A stretch of DNA of 64,000 bases, taken from the NCBI GenBank assembly GCA_050011875.1, contig JBEKIG010000016.1, forward strand, positions 1-64,000, read 5' to 3'. Positions 30,421 to 40,057 of this stretch are shown in pieces; the first letter of the stretch is position 1; each line of letters starts with the position of its first letter. A program made the translations under genes and the position numbers. The notes below the pieces were generated by a model, which worked only from the letters and a program-made list of their open reading frames with translations, searched no databases and was not told where the DNA came from. The stretch comes from Nitrososphaeria archaeon. Lineage in GTDB: Archaea > Thermoproteota > Nitrososphaeria > JACIWG01.

Positions 30421-31884
30421 ATGTCCAACATTGAACAGAAGTCGAAACTCACGCTTTTTGATGTGACAAATCTCGTAGTAGGAGCCATAATAGGCGCTGA
30501 CGTTTATGTGGCTTCTGCGTTTGGAGCACGTCTTCTGGGACCGTTCTCGTTGGTGGTCTGGGTTGCAGCCGGGATTATAGCTATTGTGATCGCACTGTGT
30601 TTTGCGCAGTGTGCCGCACTGCTTCCAAAAGTGGGTGGGCCTTATGCGTACGCACATGCTGCGTGGGGGACTTTTGCAGGTTTTATCGTGGGTTGGTCGC
30701 TTTGGCTCGCTGAGTGGCTGTCTCTGGCGGTTTTTCCGGTAGCGTTTACGCAATACTTGATGTTTTTCTTTCCCGGTCTCAACTTGATCTCTCAAGTTGT
30801 CGTAAAGGTGCTTTTCGTGACTTTCCTCATCGTCACCAATGTCGTTGGGACCAAGGCTGCTGGGAGAACAAACGATGTGCTCACCTTGGTCAAACTTGTT
30901 CCACTGATGTTCTTCGCTGCAGTTGGCTTGGTATACATCGCTTCAAATACTGCCAGGGCTGCGACGAATTTTTCGCCGTTTTCGCCGCTTGGTTTTGGTG
31001 GTTTCGGGTCGGCGCTTGTCTTAATCTTTTGGGCTTATGCGGGTTTCGAGATCTCCACCATCCCGGCGGATGATGTGAGTGATCCCGGTAAGACTATTCC
31101 GAGAGCTATTGTGCTCGGAATTTTGATCGTGACTATTTTCTATTTGACAACAAATGTTGTGCTCTTCGGGGTAAGACCTTGGACTTTGTTAGCTTCGGAT
31201 ACTGCACCTCTGGCTGTCGCGGCGAATATAGCATTGGGTTCCATTCCTGTGCTCGCGCTGGTCAGCGCTATCATTGTTGGTGGTGGAGCTTTAGTTTCCG
31301 TTGCTGGTTCTGATGAGTCGGGGATGATCGGGACGTCAAGCCTTGGATACGCGCTGGCTGTCGATGGTTTGTTTCCCCGTGCTTTCGCTAAGATTCATCC
31401 GAAATTTAAGACACCTTACTTGGGGATTATCATCCAAGCGGTCACCGCTTTAGTGGCGGCGATCATCGGCAACTTAGGATTGCTGATTACCACTTCCGTA
31501 TTTTTAATGTCAATCGCCTATTTAGCAACTAGTGGATCGATCTTTTCTCTACGCAGAAAGGGTGTTAAGGCTCAGTTTCATATTCGAGGCGGCTTGCTCA
31601 TCCCGAGCTTAGGAATGATTTTTTCGGTCTTTCTAATTACACAGTGCACACCAATTCAGATCGCATTAGGCCTAGTCATGCTTTCTATAGGAGTGCCCAT
31701 CTACATCAAATACAGTCCGAAGAAGGAGATCCCTGAACTTAAAGAGGAACTGCTCTCGCGTGAATCTAGACTAAGAAGGGCGGCAAGTCAAGAAGAGAAT
31801 TTTCTTGCTCACCTGTTGTGGCACATAAAGATATACTATAGAAGAACCAGAGGCAAAAAACAAACTGGCAAGCAGACCGAATAA
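30421..31884 (+). CDS. APC-superfamily amino acid permease
   Basis: GAIIGADVY, GGPYAYA, FWAYAGFE, KTIPRAI, HPKFKTPY; about 12 TM helices. Confidence 0.93.
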   Translation: MSNIEQKSKLTLFDVTNLVVGAIIGADVYVASAFGARLLGPFSLVVWVAAGIIAIVIALCFAQCAALLPKVGGPYAYAHAAWGTFAGFIVGWSLWLAEWLSLAVFPVAFTQYLMFFFPGLNLISQVVVKVLFVTFLIVTNVVGTKAAGRTNDVLTLVKLVPLMFFAAVGLVYIASNTARAATNFSPFSPLGFGGFGSALVLIFWAYAGFEISTIPADDVSDPGKTIPRAIVLGILIVTIFYLTTNVVLFGVRPWTLLASDTAPLAVAANIALGSIPVLALVSAIIVGGGALVSVAGSDESGMIGTSSLGYALAVDGLFPRAFAKIHPKFKTPYLGIIIQAVTALVAAIIGNLGLLITTSVFLMSIAYLATSGSIFSLRRKGVKAQFHIRGGLLIPSLGMIFSVFLITQCTPIQIALGLVMLSIGVPIYIKYSPKKEIPELKEELLSRESRLRRAASQEENFLAHLLWHIKIYYRRTRGKKQTGKQTE

Positions 31885-32005
31885 CAGAAATTACAAATAT
31901 AACCGATACTCATATCCTTTTTCCACATTGAATCCTCTATCTCCAGGGCAGCCGTGTACACTGGAAAGAACTATCCAGTAGATAAAGATCTTAATGATTT
32001 GATAA

Positions 32006-32170
32006 GGTTCACATTGTAGAACGATAAGGAGAGATGATTTAAACCCAGAGATCAGAGACTCTTTAACATTTCACGTGCCTTTATTTCTGACCGTTCAAGA
32101 TATAGATAAAAATAATATCATATCTTTTGAAATAGATCCTAGCACCTTTGATCATTGGACTACTCCGTGA
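32006..32170 (+). pseudogene. 3' fragment of a paralogue of the element nuclease-like gene 40058..40783
   Basis: GSHCRTIRRDDLNPEIRDSLTFHVPLFLTVQDIDKNNIISFEIDPSTFDHWTTP* versus GSHCRTIKREDLGPEIRDALTYHVPLFLTVQNILDKSKIISFEIDPSTFDHWTTPP. Confidence 0.92.
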
Positions 32171-32257
32171 TAGTCGAATAAAGTCTTTTTAAGTTCATTA
32201 ACCGTTAAAGATTGCATATCAAATATATGTTAATCTATATATTTTAGTATATATCCC

Positions 32258-32314
32258 TTAGTTGATCTCTAGCCTTTTCTGTTTGAGTTCTTTAAAGCGC
32301 TCTTCCACGTCCTG
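32258..32314 (-). pseudogene. 3' fragment of a paralogue of the integrase 38068..39204
   Basis: Minus strand AAAGAACTCAAACAGAAAAGGCTAGAGATCAACTAA (KELKQKRLEIN*) versus integrase end AAAGAACTTCAACAGAAAAGGCTAGAGGTCAACTAA (KELQQKRLEVN*). Confidence 0.88.
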
Positions 32315-32340
32315 CTACTCTACTATAAACTCTAGAAAGA

Positions 32341-34167
32341 TCATTTATTGGATAAACTCCATCCTCTAAGCTTTAGGTATTCTGGTAAAGTTTCATTTAA
32401 CTTCACAACTGCGTTGTCTGATTTCTTATTTGGTTCTTTTAACAACCTTTCTGGTAAAGTATCTTCTTCTATCGTAACACCATGTTTAATATTAAATTCT
32501 CTCTTTAGATTGTATATTCTTTCCCCAGCGAGTCGCCCGTCTTCAATTGTCAGATTTTGACCAGTGACAGCATTAAATGCACGAACAAACCTGTTCAAAG
32601 CACCATATCTAGAGGAACACATAAGACACCAGCCTGCTGATGCTAAGAAAGCATACCAATCTTCTATCATCTTTGCTATGAAAGCCTTCTTCTCAGTCAC
32701 ATATCGGGTACCATAATCACCTTCTATTCCAATTTCCGGAAATCTTTGGCCAAAGCCTTCCACGAAAAGAGAAATGCCTTCCATATGATCTGCACCAACT
32801 GGGCAGCATGCGTAATGTGGGCCGCCTCCTTGAAAGGTTCTGGGATCATGCGCTGGAAACTCCATACCTTTGGCATGGATCGAATATCTTCCAGCTCCTT
32901 TTCCTATAATTAGACCTGCTCTCCTTGAGCCTTCTGCAAGTAAATTACCAATTCCTTCCCTCTTACTAATCTTTTGTATTAGAGCTATCCCAGCATCGGC
33001 ATTACCAAACTTTAATTCGATGCCTTCCGTATCCTCTTTGCTAAGTATTCCCCTTTCGTAGCATTCCATGGCAAAACCAATTGTTCCACCCGTTGAAATA
33101 GTGTCTAAACCTAGTTTATTGCACATGTCATTCATTAGATTGACAGCAAATATATCGTCGATGCCTAGGTTTGAGCCGAGCATCGATAAAGACTCATATT
33201 CAACGCCCTCAACTTCTCCTTCTTCTAGTATGTATTTTCCTTCCCCCTTTTTTGAAACACGCCGACAAGCTATTGCGCACATGTAACATGTATTGGTCTT
33301 AGCCAGTATCTTCTCGTAGCCTCCAGGATATGCAAGCTTCTTAGTTCTTTCTTCATCGAATTCACCAAATTGTTCATTCGCATAATTGTACGTAGGACTA
33401 TCACCAATACCCATATTAGCTTCGTAACCACCCATCGTACCCGCTTCATGAAACCTCTTCACACCAGGAGATGTGCGGTAATTCTCAAGGACTTCACGCA
33501 TTACTTCATTCAACGCGTTAGGATTAGCTACGGAGATTTCTCTGCTTCCTCGCACAGCAACCGCCTTCAAGTTCTTATAACCCATAACAGCACCAACACC
33601 GCATCGACCAGCAGCACGTCCAGCATCATCATGCATTATGCATGCATATCTAACCAAATTTTCTCCAGCCGGACCTATACATGATACCTGAACCCTTCTA
33701 TCCCCCATATCCTTGCGGATGGCTCTCTCGCATTCCCTTGTATCCATGCCCCAATAAGGTGAGGCATCAATAAACCTGACATCACCATCTACAACGGAAA
33801 CCAGAACAGGTTCCGTACTTCTACCAACAAAGATAAGCATGTCATAACCTGCACGCTTCTGTTCTACGCCAAAATATCCTCCAACACTGCTGTCACCAAA
33901 GCAGCCAGTTAAGGGTGATTTTGTGACAACAGAATGTCTTCCAGCAGTCTGTGTATTAGTTCCAGTTACTGGTCCTGTGGCAAAAATCAATAGATTAACT
34001 GGATCGTAAGCAGATGCCCAAGGAGGAACTTCATCAAACAGGACCTTTCCTGCGATTCCGATAGAACCGATATATTTTTCTGCCAGCTCTTTGTCCAAAT
34101 CTTCAACCTTAAAATTTTTTGTAGATAGATTGATTCGCGCGATCTTACCTGTATATCCGTACCACAT
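32341..34167 (-). CDS. aor: Aldehyde:ferredoxin oxidoreductase family (tungstopterin) protein
   Basis: GYTGKIARINL, KSPLTG, GPAGENLV, RAAGRCGVGAVMG.KNLKA, CYMCAIAC, EYE, GLDTIS, DPR. Confidence 0.93.
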   Translation of the reverse strand: MWYGYTGKIARINLSTKNFKVEDLDKELAEKYIGSIGIAGKVLFDEVPPWASAYDPVNLLIFATGPVTGTNTQTAGRHSVVTKSPLTGCFGDSSVGGYFGVEQKRAGYDMLIFVGRSTEPVLVSVVDGDVRFIDASPYWGMDTRECERAIRKDMGDRRVQVSCIGPAGENLVRYACIMHDDAGRAAGRCGVGAVMGYKNLKAVAVRGSREISVANPNALNEVMREVLENYRTSPGVKRFHEAGTMGGYEANMGIGDSPTYNYANEQFGEFDEERTKKLAYPGGYEKILAKTNTCYMCAIACRRVSKKGEGKYILEEGEVEGVEYESLSMLGSNLGIDDIFAVNLMNDMCNKLGLDTISTGGTIGFAMECYERGILSKEDTEGIELKFGNADAGIALIQKISKREGIGNLLAEGSRRAGLIIGKGAGRYSIHAKGMEFPAHDPRTFQGGGPHYACCPVGADHMEGISLFVEGFGQRFPEIGIEGDYGTRYVTEKKAFIAKMIEDWYAFLASAGWCLMCSSRYGALNRFVRAFNAVTGQNLTIEDGRLAGERIYNLKREFNIKHGVTIEEDTLPERLLKEPNKKSDNAVVKLNETLPEYLKLRGWSLSNK

Positions 34168-34390
34168 ACTCGAAAAACCCCTTTCTAGAAAATATAAAGG
34201 TTACGAAAGTATTCTTTTCTTTAACTCCTTTAACTAAATAGCCTGTCAAGTGAACAAATATTAAAAAACCTAATTTATTTGAAGATAAATAATTCAGAGA
34301 ATAGGCCATGTAAATTAAAGCACCTCCAATTTATTTGCAATAGATCATGTAAGGTTTAAATATAAGGTCATCGTATTTACAACGATATTA

Positions 34391-34771
34391 TTGTCACAAG
34401 ACGATAAAGTATTAGAAGAACTTCAAAAGATACGTCAACTGCTTGAACCAAAACCCACCCCACCTGCTCCTAAGGGCATGTGGAAAGAATTCATGGACTT
34501 TATATCAAAATATAAGGTGATGGGTCTTGCTGTTGCTTTCATCATCGGCCTTTACTTAGGTGGTGTAGTGCTGGCACTAGTCAAAGATTTGATAATGCCA
34601 CTAATAGGTCTTGCAATACCTGGTCTTGGGAACCTTGCAACCTACGTTGTCACGTTATCTAAACAGAACTTCGGCATAGGGGACTTTCTAGTGGCCGTGA
34701 TAACCTTCATCATCGTGGCATTAGTGATCTTCCTGATCGTGAAGATCACCAAGAAATGGGGCATTGAATAG
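34391..34771 (+). CDS. mscL: Large-conductance mechanosensitive channel
   Basis: EFMDFISKYKVMGLAVAFIIG, LVKDLIMPLI, GDFLVAVITFIIVA. Confidence 0.88.
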   Translation: MSQDDKVLEELQKIRQLLEPKPTPPAPKGMWKEFMDFISKYKVMGLAVAFIIGLYLGGVVLALVKDLIMPLIGLAIPGLGNLATYVVTLSKQNFGIGDFLVAVITFIIVALVIFLIVKITKKWGIE

Positions 34772-35072
34772 TCATCTCTTACCATACTTTTTTTGATTTG
34801 CCCATCACATAGCGCGTGCTATAATTAATCAAGATTGGGATTTTGAACGACAGCAATAATCCCCTATAATTAAGTGGCGTGTAAATGGGTAAGAAATGAA
34901 TCATTAAATTTTTTCGAAAGTCGCACTTTAAGGAAAATTATCAAGAGAACTATTGAGGGGGGAGAAGGCGATTCTTGCCATTAACCCATGCACAATAGAT
35001 GCATAAAAACCCCATTGAAGGAAGCTTAGCTTCCGCAAACAAGTTCTAGCTAACCAACGACGATTACGTCCT

Positions 35073-35330
35073 TTACCATACCTCGACAATCCGCCATCCG
35101 ACGTACACGGCGAACGTTACAACAGCAATCCACAGAATCAAGTCGCCAGTAAGATTGAGCCAGCCAACGTTGAAGGGTGAACCAGGGTAAACTACCACAT
35201 ACAGCCAAGGGAGAGGCCAGCCATACCACGACGCGCCCACAATACCCTGCGGCGTAGTTTTAACTAGACCCGTGAGTAAAGTGATTATTGCACCACAGAC
35301 AGCCACAATTGAGAATAGTTTCATGATCAT
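35073..35330 (-). CDS. Small two-TM membrane protein
   Basis: Two hydrophobic helices flanking a YGWPLPWL loop. Confidence 0.6.
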   Translation of the reverse strand: MIMKLFSIVAVCGAIITLLTGLVKTTPQGIVGASWYGWPLPWLYVVVYPGSPFNVGWLNLTGDLILWIAVVTFAVYVGWRIVEVW

Positions 35331-35721
35331 ATTTATGGGATATACGCATCTTCTATATTACTTATCGGTTTTGGTGTTGGCCTTTACAAGGTGATCTCCA
35401 AATTTGTTCCATCGTTACCTGCAAAAGATGAAATAAGAAGCTCTAATCTTTAGTGGAGGTACAACTTAATGTTAGGGCTATATTTTCTACAACATGTTAT
35501 TAATGGGAGGTGAAAAGAATGGAAGAAATATTTGAATTCATAGCCTCTAATCCAGCAACAATACTTATAGCAGTTGGTTGGAAGACCTTGGGATGAATAA
35601 TAATACAGCCGGATCAAAAAATATAAGAGCCCTATTAAGCGCGATAAGAAATATGTCTACAGACGCGGATTCAATAAATGGACAGGAAAAAAACGAAGAT
35701 AGATTAAAAGGTGAAGGACTG

Positions 35722-36990
35722 TTGCTTGGTAAAAGGGATTATGACATATTACAGATTGCGATTGACGCCCTAAATCAGGGTTACATGTGCGATAGATGTT
35801 TGGGAAGGCTGTTTGCAAAATTATTGCATGGTCTTTCAAATGAGCAGAGGGGGAAAATAGTTAGAGATGCTCTCGCACTCGTAATCGAATCAGGTTGCGA
35901 ACCTGACCTTTACAATGGCAACTTCCAATCAATAATTATGGAAAGCACTAGTGCTTGCACTTTTTGCCTTGATATCTTTAAAGAACTGATACCGTCTTTA
36001 ACTTTAGAAGCTATGGCAAAAAGCAGAAGTTATGAATTCACAAGCTTTCTAGTGGGCACCAGATTAAACAGTGAATTATTTAAAAAAGATATACAACTAA
36101 ATCAGATCTCTCCAGATTATTCAGAATCCATAAAAGAAGAAGTAAATCGTACAATCGGTAAGCGAATAGAATTGGTATATCAGAAACAAGTTGAACACAA
36201 GGAACCGGACCTCTTCTTTCTTGCGGACCTGCAAAAAAATATTGTCTCCGTCGAATCCAAGAACGTCTACATCTACGGAGGATACAAGAAGCTCGCGAGG
36301 GGAATACCTCAGACAACTTGGAATTGTAAGGTGTGTAACGGCAGAGGTTGCAAGAAATGTAAATGGACAGGAAGATTTTATAGAACTTCTGTGCAACATA
36401 TAATTGAGAAACCTATACTTGATCAACTTTCTAGTGCCCAAAGTAGCTTCCATGGTGCAGGTCGCGAAGATGTAGATGTCAGATGTTTAGATTATAGACA
36501 GTTCATCATCGAGATCTTTAATCCAAAGAAGAGAACAGTTGACCTAGAGAGGCTTTATAGAGAGATCAACAAATCAAAAAGCGTTCAAGTTAGTAAATTA
36601 AAGCTTGCTTCAAAGGGAGACATAGCCTCCCTCAAGGAGGAAAGATGTGATAAAACATATCATGCTGTAGCAACCTTTGTTAAAGATGTTGGCGAAAGTG
36701 ATTTATTGAAGGTGTTTTCCCTTAAAGGGACTTTAATCAGACAGAAGACCCCCCTTAGAGTAGTCAATCGAAGAGCGGATATAGTAAGGGAGAGAAAAAT
36801 TAGGGACATCGAGGCAAAAAAGCTGAGCGCACGAAAGGTCGACCTTCTAATAGAATGTGAAGCCGGAACATACGTTAAGGAACTCATCAGCGGAGACAAA
36901 GGTAGAACAAGGCCAAGTATATCTGAAGTTTTGGACAATGATGTTAAGAAGATCGTATTAGACGTTGTAAAGATAGGAGGAGGAATTTAA
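35722..36990 (+). CDS. pus10: tRNA pseudouridine(54/55) synthase Pus10
   Basis: CDRCLGR, Y.KLARGIPQT, FHGAGREDVDVR, QKTP.RV..RRAD, GTYVKELISGD.GRT.PS; likely start TTG 35722 behind AGGTGA. Confidence 0.93.
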   Translation: MLGKRDYDILQIAIDALNQGYMCDRCLGRLFAKLLHGLSNEQRGKIVRDALALVIESGCEPDLYNGNFQSIIMESTSACTFCLDIFKELIPSLTLEAMAKSRSYEFTSFLVGTRLNSELFKKDIQLNQISPDYSESIKEEVNRTIGKRIELVYQKQVEHKEPDLFFLADLQKNIVSVESKNVYIYGGYKKLARGIPQTTWNCKVCNGRGCKKCKWTGRFYRTSVQHIIEKPILDQLSSAQSSFHGAGREDVDVRCLDYRQFIIEIFNPKKRTVDLERLYREINKSKSVQVSKLKLASKGDIASLKEERCDKTYHAVATFVKDVGESDLLKVFSLKGTLIRQKTPLRVVNRRADIVRERKIRDIEAKKLSARKVDLLIECEAGTYVKELISGDKGRTRPSISEVLDNDVKKIVLDVVKIGGGI

Positions 36991-37070
36991 GGACGTTCCA
37001 TTTTTCCCATTTATTGGTTCAGATTTTTAAAATTATCACCGTCAACTTTTTGATGATCTTACCTAAATCG

Positions 37071-38039
37071 TTATGATCTTGGAACAAGTGTAGCTCTTGA
37101 AACTTCAGAATTTAAGGCGCGGACAAAATCGTAAAACTTATCAAACGGTACTTGGGCGCCAGCCGCTTTAGCATGCCCGCCACCTAATCCTCCGAAAGTT
37201 GGCACAATTTTATTAAGGATGTAATCAAGGTCTACGTTAGAAGTAGTTCTCAAGCTCATTTCTACTAAACCTTGTCTAATTTCACCAGCTACCCCCACAA
37301 CCGCTTTTGCGTAAGCTCTTGCGTAGACCGCTGCTTTTCCGAGAGGGCCATCGGGTTGCAAGACGTAACCGATGTTTCCAACTATTGTGACGTTCTTCAT
37401 GATTAAGTTCCTCATTTCTTCTTCCCTTCTGAAGGCGATAATAGCATGCTCTAGCAAGGAATCTATCCCTGAAGGGGGAACATTATTTGAAAGTTCCTGT
37501 AATATTCTAATCTTTATGTCGTCATTCCGAACAATATCTTCTAATGCTTGAACTAGGACGCCTGTTTGAAAATATAAAGTTCTTTTGTCCCAATTTTCAA
37601 GCAGAGACCCTATTACCACAGTGTTATCTAGATAATCGCCTATGGCGCCATATACCGCAACCCGACTCATATCTACTGATAATGTCTTTGCAAAAAAGAC
37701 ATATGTGAGTTCGGAAGCGCACTGATCCTCACTTTTTATTAAGGTCAAATTACGATTAAATTTGCTTTCGATATTTTGCGGCAGAGGATGATGGTCGATG
37801 TATATGATGTGAGATGAGAAACTATTAAGAGTTTGGATAATTTCATTGAAAGTTGATTTGTTGATTGCTATATCGCAGATTATCAAGTCTTCGTCTTTAG
37901 ATATGCTATTGAGAGTTGTGGAAAGTTTGACAGGATTGCTGAAAACGACTCTTGCACCCTTATTTGAGTAAAGGGCTATTGCGCCTGCACATATCCCATC
38001 GCAATCGCCATGTGTTATAATGTGCACAATATCACACAA
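37071..38039 (-). CDS. DHH/DHHA1 family phosphoesterase
   Basis: THGDCDG, ICDI, IDHH, GGGHAKAAG; likely start TTG 38039. Confidence 0.9.
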   Translation of the reverse strand: MCDIVHIITHGDCDGICAGAIALYSNKGARVVFSNPVKLSTTLNSISKDEDLIICDIAINKSTFNEIIQTLNSFSSHIIYIDHHPLPQNIESKFNRNLTLIKSEDQCASELTYVFFAKTLSVDMSRVAVYGAIGDYLDNTVVIGSLLENWDKRTLYFQTGVLVQALEDIVRNDDIKIRILQELSNNVPPSGIDSLLEHAIIAFRREEEMRNLIMKNVTIVGNIGYVLQPDGPLGKAAVYARAYAKAVVGVAGEIRQGLVEMSLRTTSNVDLDYILNKIVPTFGGLGGGHAKAAGAQVPFDKFYDFVRALNSEVSRATLVPRS

Positions 38040-38067
38040 AACTATAAATAAATCGGTTATATAAGTC

Positions 38068-39204
38068 TTGTCTATGGATAGAATAGGAAAGTTCCTAGAA
38101 TTATACAGCTCCAAATATACTAGAAGCTCTTATCAGCTAAGTCTAAAACATTTCTTTAACTTCATATATCAAGAAGGAAATCTATCTTTAAACGATCAAG
38201 GAGAAAAATACTTCACAGAGAAAAGAAACTATGAGGAAGATATAGAAAAATTCTCCCAGAGCATAAACAGTAAACCACCTAAAACAATTAGATTAATGCT
38301 TTCCACCGTCAAAACATTCTTCATAGAAAACGATATAGAGCTATCAGATAAGTTTTGGAAGAGGACAAGGAGAAGAATAAAGGGGTCGAGAGCTTTAACG
38401 CTTGACAAGGTCCCTTCCAACGAAGAGCTTAAGAAAATATTATCACACATGAGCATAGAGGGGAAAGCATTATTCCTAGTCCTATCAAGTTCTGGGATGA
38501 GAATAGGGGAGTCTCTCAAGCTTAAGCTTTCAGACCTAGAAGATGGCACACCATATAAGGTTAAGATAAGAGGGGAATACACGAAGTCGGGAAACTCAAG
38601 GATAACCTTTATTTCAAAAGAATCCGTGCTATTCTTAAACGAATGGCTGAAGGTAAGGCAAAACCATTTAAATTCTGAGAATGGTAAGACAAGACTACAC
38701 GCCTCAAAAGAAGACGAAAGGATATTCCCTTATCGTGTTCAAACAGCATACTACATGTGGAGAAACGCTTTAACACAGTCGGGGTATATGAAGAGAGATA
38801 GTTCAACTAATAGGATGACTATACATCCACACGTTCTAAGAAAGTTCTATCGGACAAGACTAGGATCCATTATACCCGTTGACATAGTTGAAACTCTTAT
38901 GGGGCATGAAGGATATTTGACTGAAGTATATCGCAAATATCAAGATGACCCTGACGCTCTGGGAAAGTTCTATATGCAAGGAGAACACACTTTAACCGTT
39001 TTTGGTTCTGGAGAAGATGTTAACAAACTGAGAGAAGAAATAAGCGAAAAGAATAAGGAACTCCAAACCCTAGTTAATTCTCTAGCTACTGAAAATATTA
39101 GTTTAAGAAATAGATTAGAAGTAGTGGAAAAGGAGATTTCTAAGATTTCAGAAATAGAGAAGATAGTTAAAGAACTTCAACAGAAAAGGCTAGAGGTCAA
39201 CTAA
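38068..39204 (+). CDS. Tyrosine recombinase/integrase with C-terminal coiled coil
   Basis: SSGMRIGE (R), TKSG (K), HVLRK (HxxR), LMGH, EVY (Tyr); N-terminal SAM-like domain. Confidence 0.93.
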   Translation: MSMDRIGKFLELYSSKYTRSSYQLSLKHFFNFIYQEGNLSLNDQGEKYFTEKRNYEEDIEKFSQSINSKPPKTIRLMLSTVKTFFIENDIELSDKFWKRTRRRIKGSRALTLDKVPSNEELKKILSHMSIEGKALFLVLSSSGMRIGESLKLKLSDLEDGTPYKVKIRGEYTKSGNSRITFISKESVLFLNEWLKVRQNHLNSENGKTRLHASKEDERIFPYRVQTAYYMWRNALTQSGYMKRDSSTNRMTIHPHVLRKFYRTRLGSIIPVDIVETLMGHEGYLTEVYRKYQDDPDALGKFYMQGEHTLTVFGSGEDVNKLREEISEKNKELQTLVNSLATENISLRNRLEVVEKEISKISEIEKIVKELQQKRLEVN

Positions 39205-39363
39205 TTATAAAAAATAGTATATCCGAATCTGACAACAGCCCCTATTTACTAAATTCTCTATTTCTTCTTTTAATTTTAGCAGAGCGTCGTCTAAGACATG
39301 AGATTTACTAGGAAACCTTTTTATTGTGTTGTGAATATTTAATCTAAGAAATGATAGTAAAAG

Positions 39364-40056
39364 ATGGCTGATATATATTCTATTTTTGCAGGAGCATTAT
39401 TAGGTTTAGCTTCCTCATTAGTCGGTATAATATTTTACCATCTTTTATCTGAAGAAGAGGAAAATGAAAGACGCTTACTTCGAGATTGGCAAGATACGGT
39501 AGATAAAGTCTATTCCCCAATAGCTTTTACGTTATATGAAATAAGAGATAATTTTGTTATAAGATTTCATGACCTTGATATATCAAAACCTCCAACGGAA
39601 GTTGAAAAAGAAAATTGTCTACTTTTGTTAAATCATATCAAAGAAGGCATGCAATACACGGAAAAACTTGCAGATATTCTTAGAAGTGGATTATATATTA
39701 TTAAACCATTTACTTTAAGGATTGATTTGTTACAACTATATTCGTATATCGAAATGCTCAAATCAGATATGTTAGTGATTCCATTATATTCGTCACTAGC
39801 TGGAAATATCAAGAATATTTCAGAGCTAGCAAAGGAACTAGATGAATTTGATATTGCATTATTAGAAAGTGTTATGCAAATAGGTAAAATGCTTGAGAAA
39901 CCAATAAACGATATATATTCCCAAGTTACATTTTTGGGAACTCTGCGAGAACGAAAACCAGCAAAACTATTGTACAATAAAGTATTTAACGATGAACTCG
40001 TTTCTGATATAAATAAAATAGCTAGAAAAAGTTTCAATCCTTCACTTGATAATTGA
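39364..40056 (+). CDS. Orphan protein with N-terminal TM anchor and helical soluble domain (element cargo)
   Basis: MADIYSIFAGALLGLASSLVGIIFYHLL then a charged helical region; very AT-rich. Confidence 0.7.
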   Translation: MADIYSIFAGALLGLASSLVGIIFYHLLSEEEENERRLLRDWQDTVDKVYSPIAFTLYEIRDNFVIRFHDLDISKPPTEVEKENCLLLLNHIKEGMQYTEKLADILRSGLYIIKPFTLRIDLLQLYSYIEMLKSDMLVIPLYSSLAGNIKNISELAKELDEFDIALLESVMQIGKMLEKPINDIYSQVTFLGTLRERKPAKLLYNKVFNDELVSDINKIARKSFNPSLDN

Positions 40057-40057
40057 T

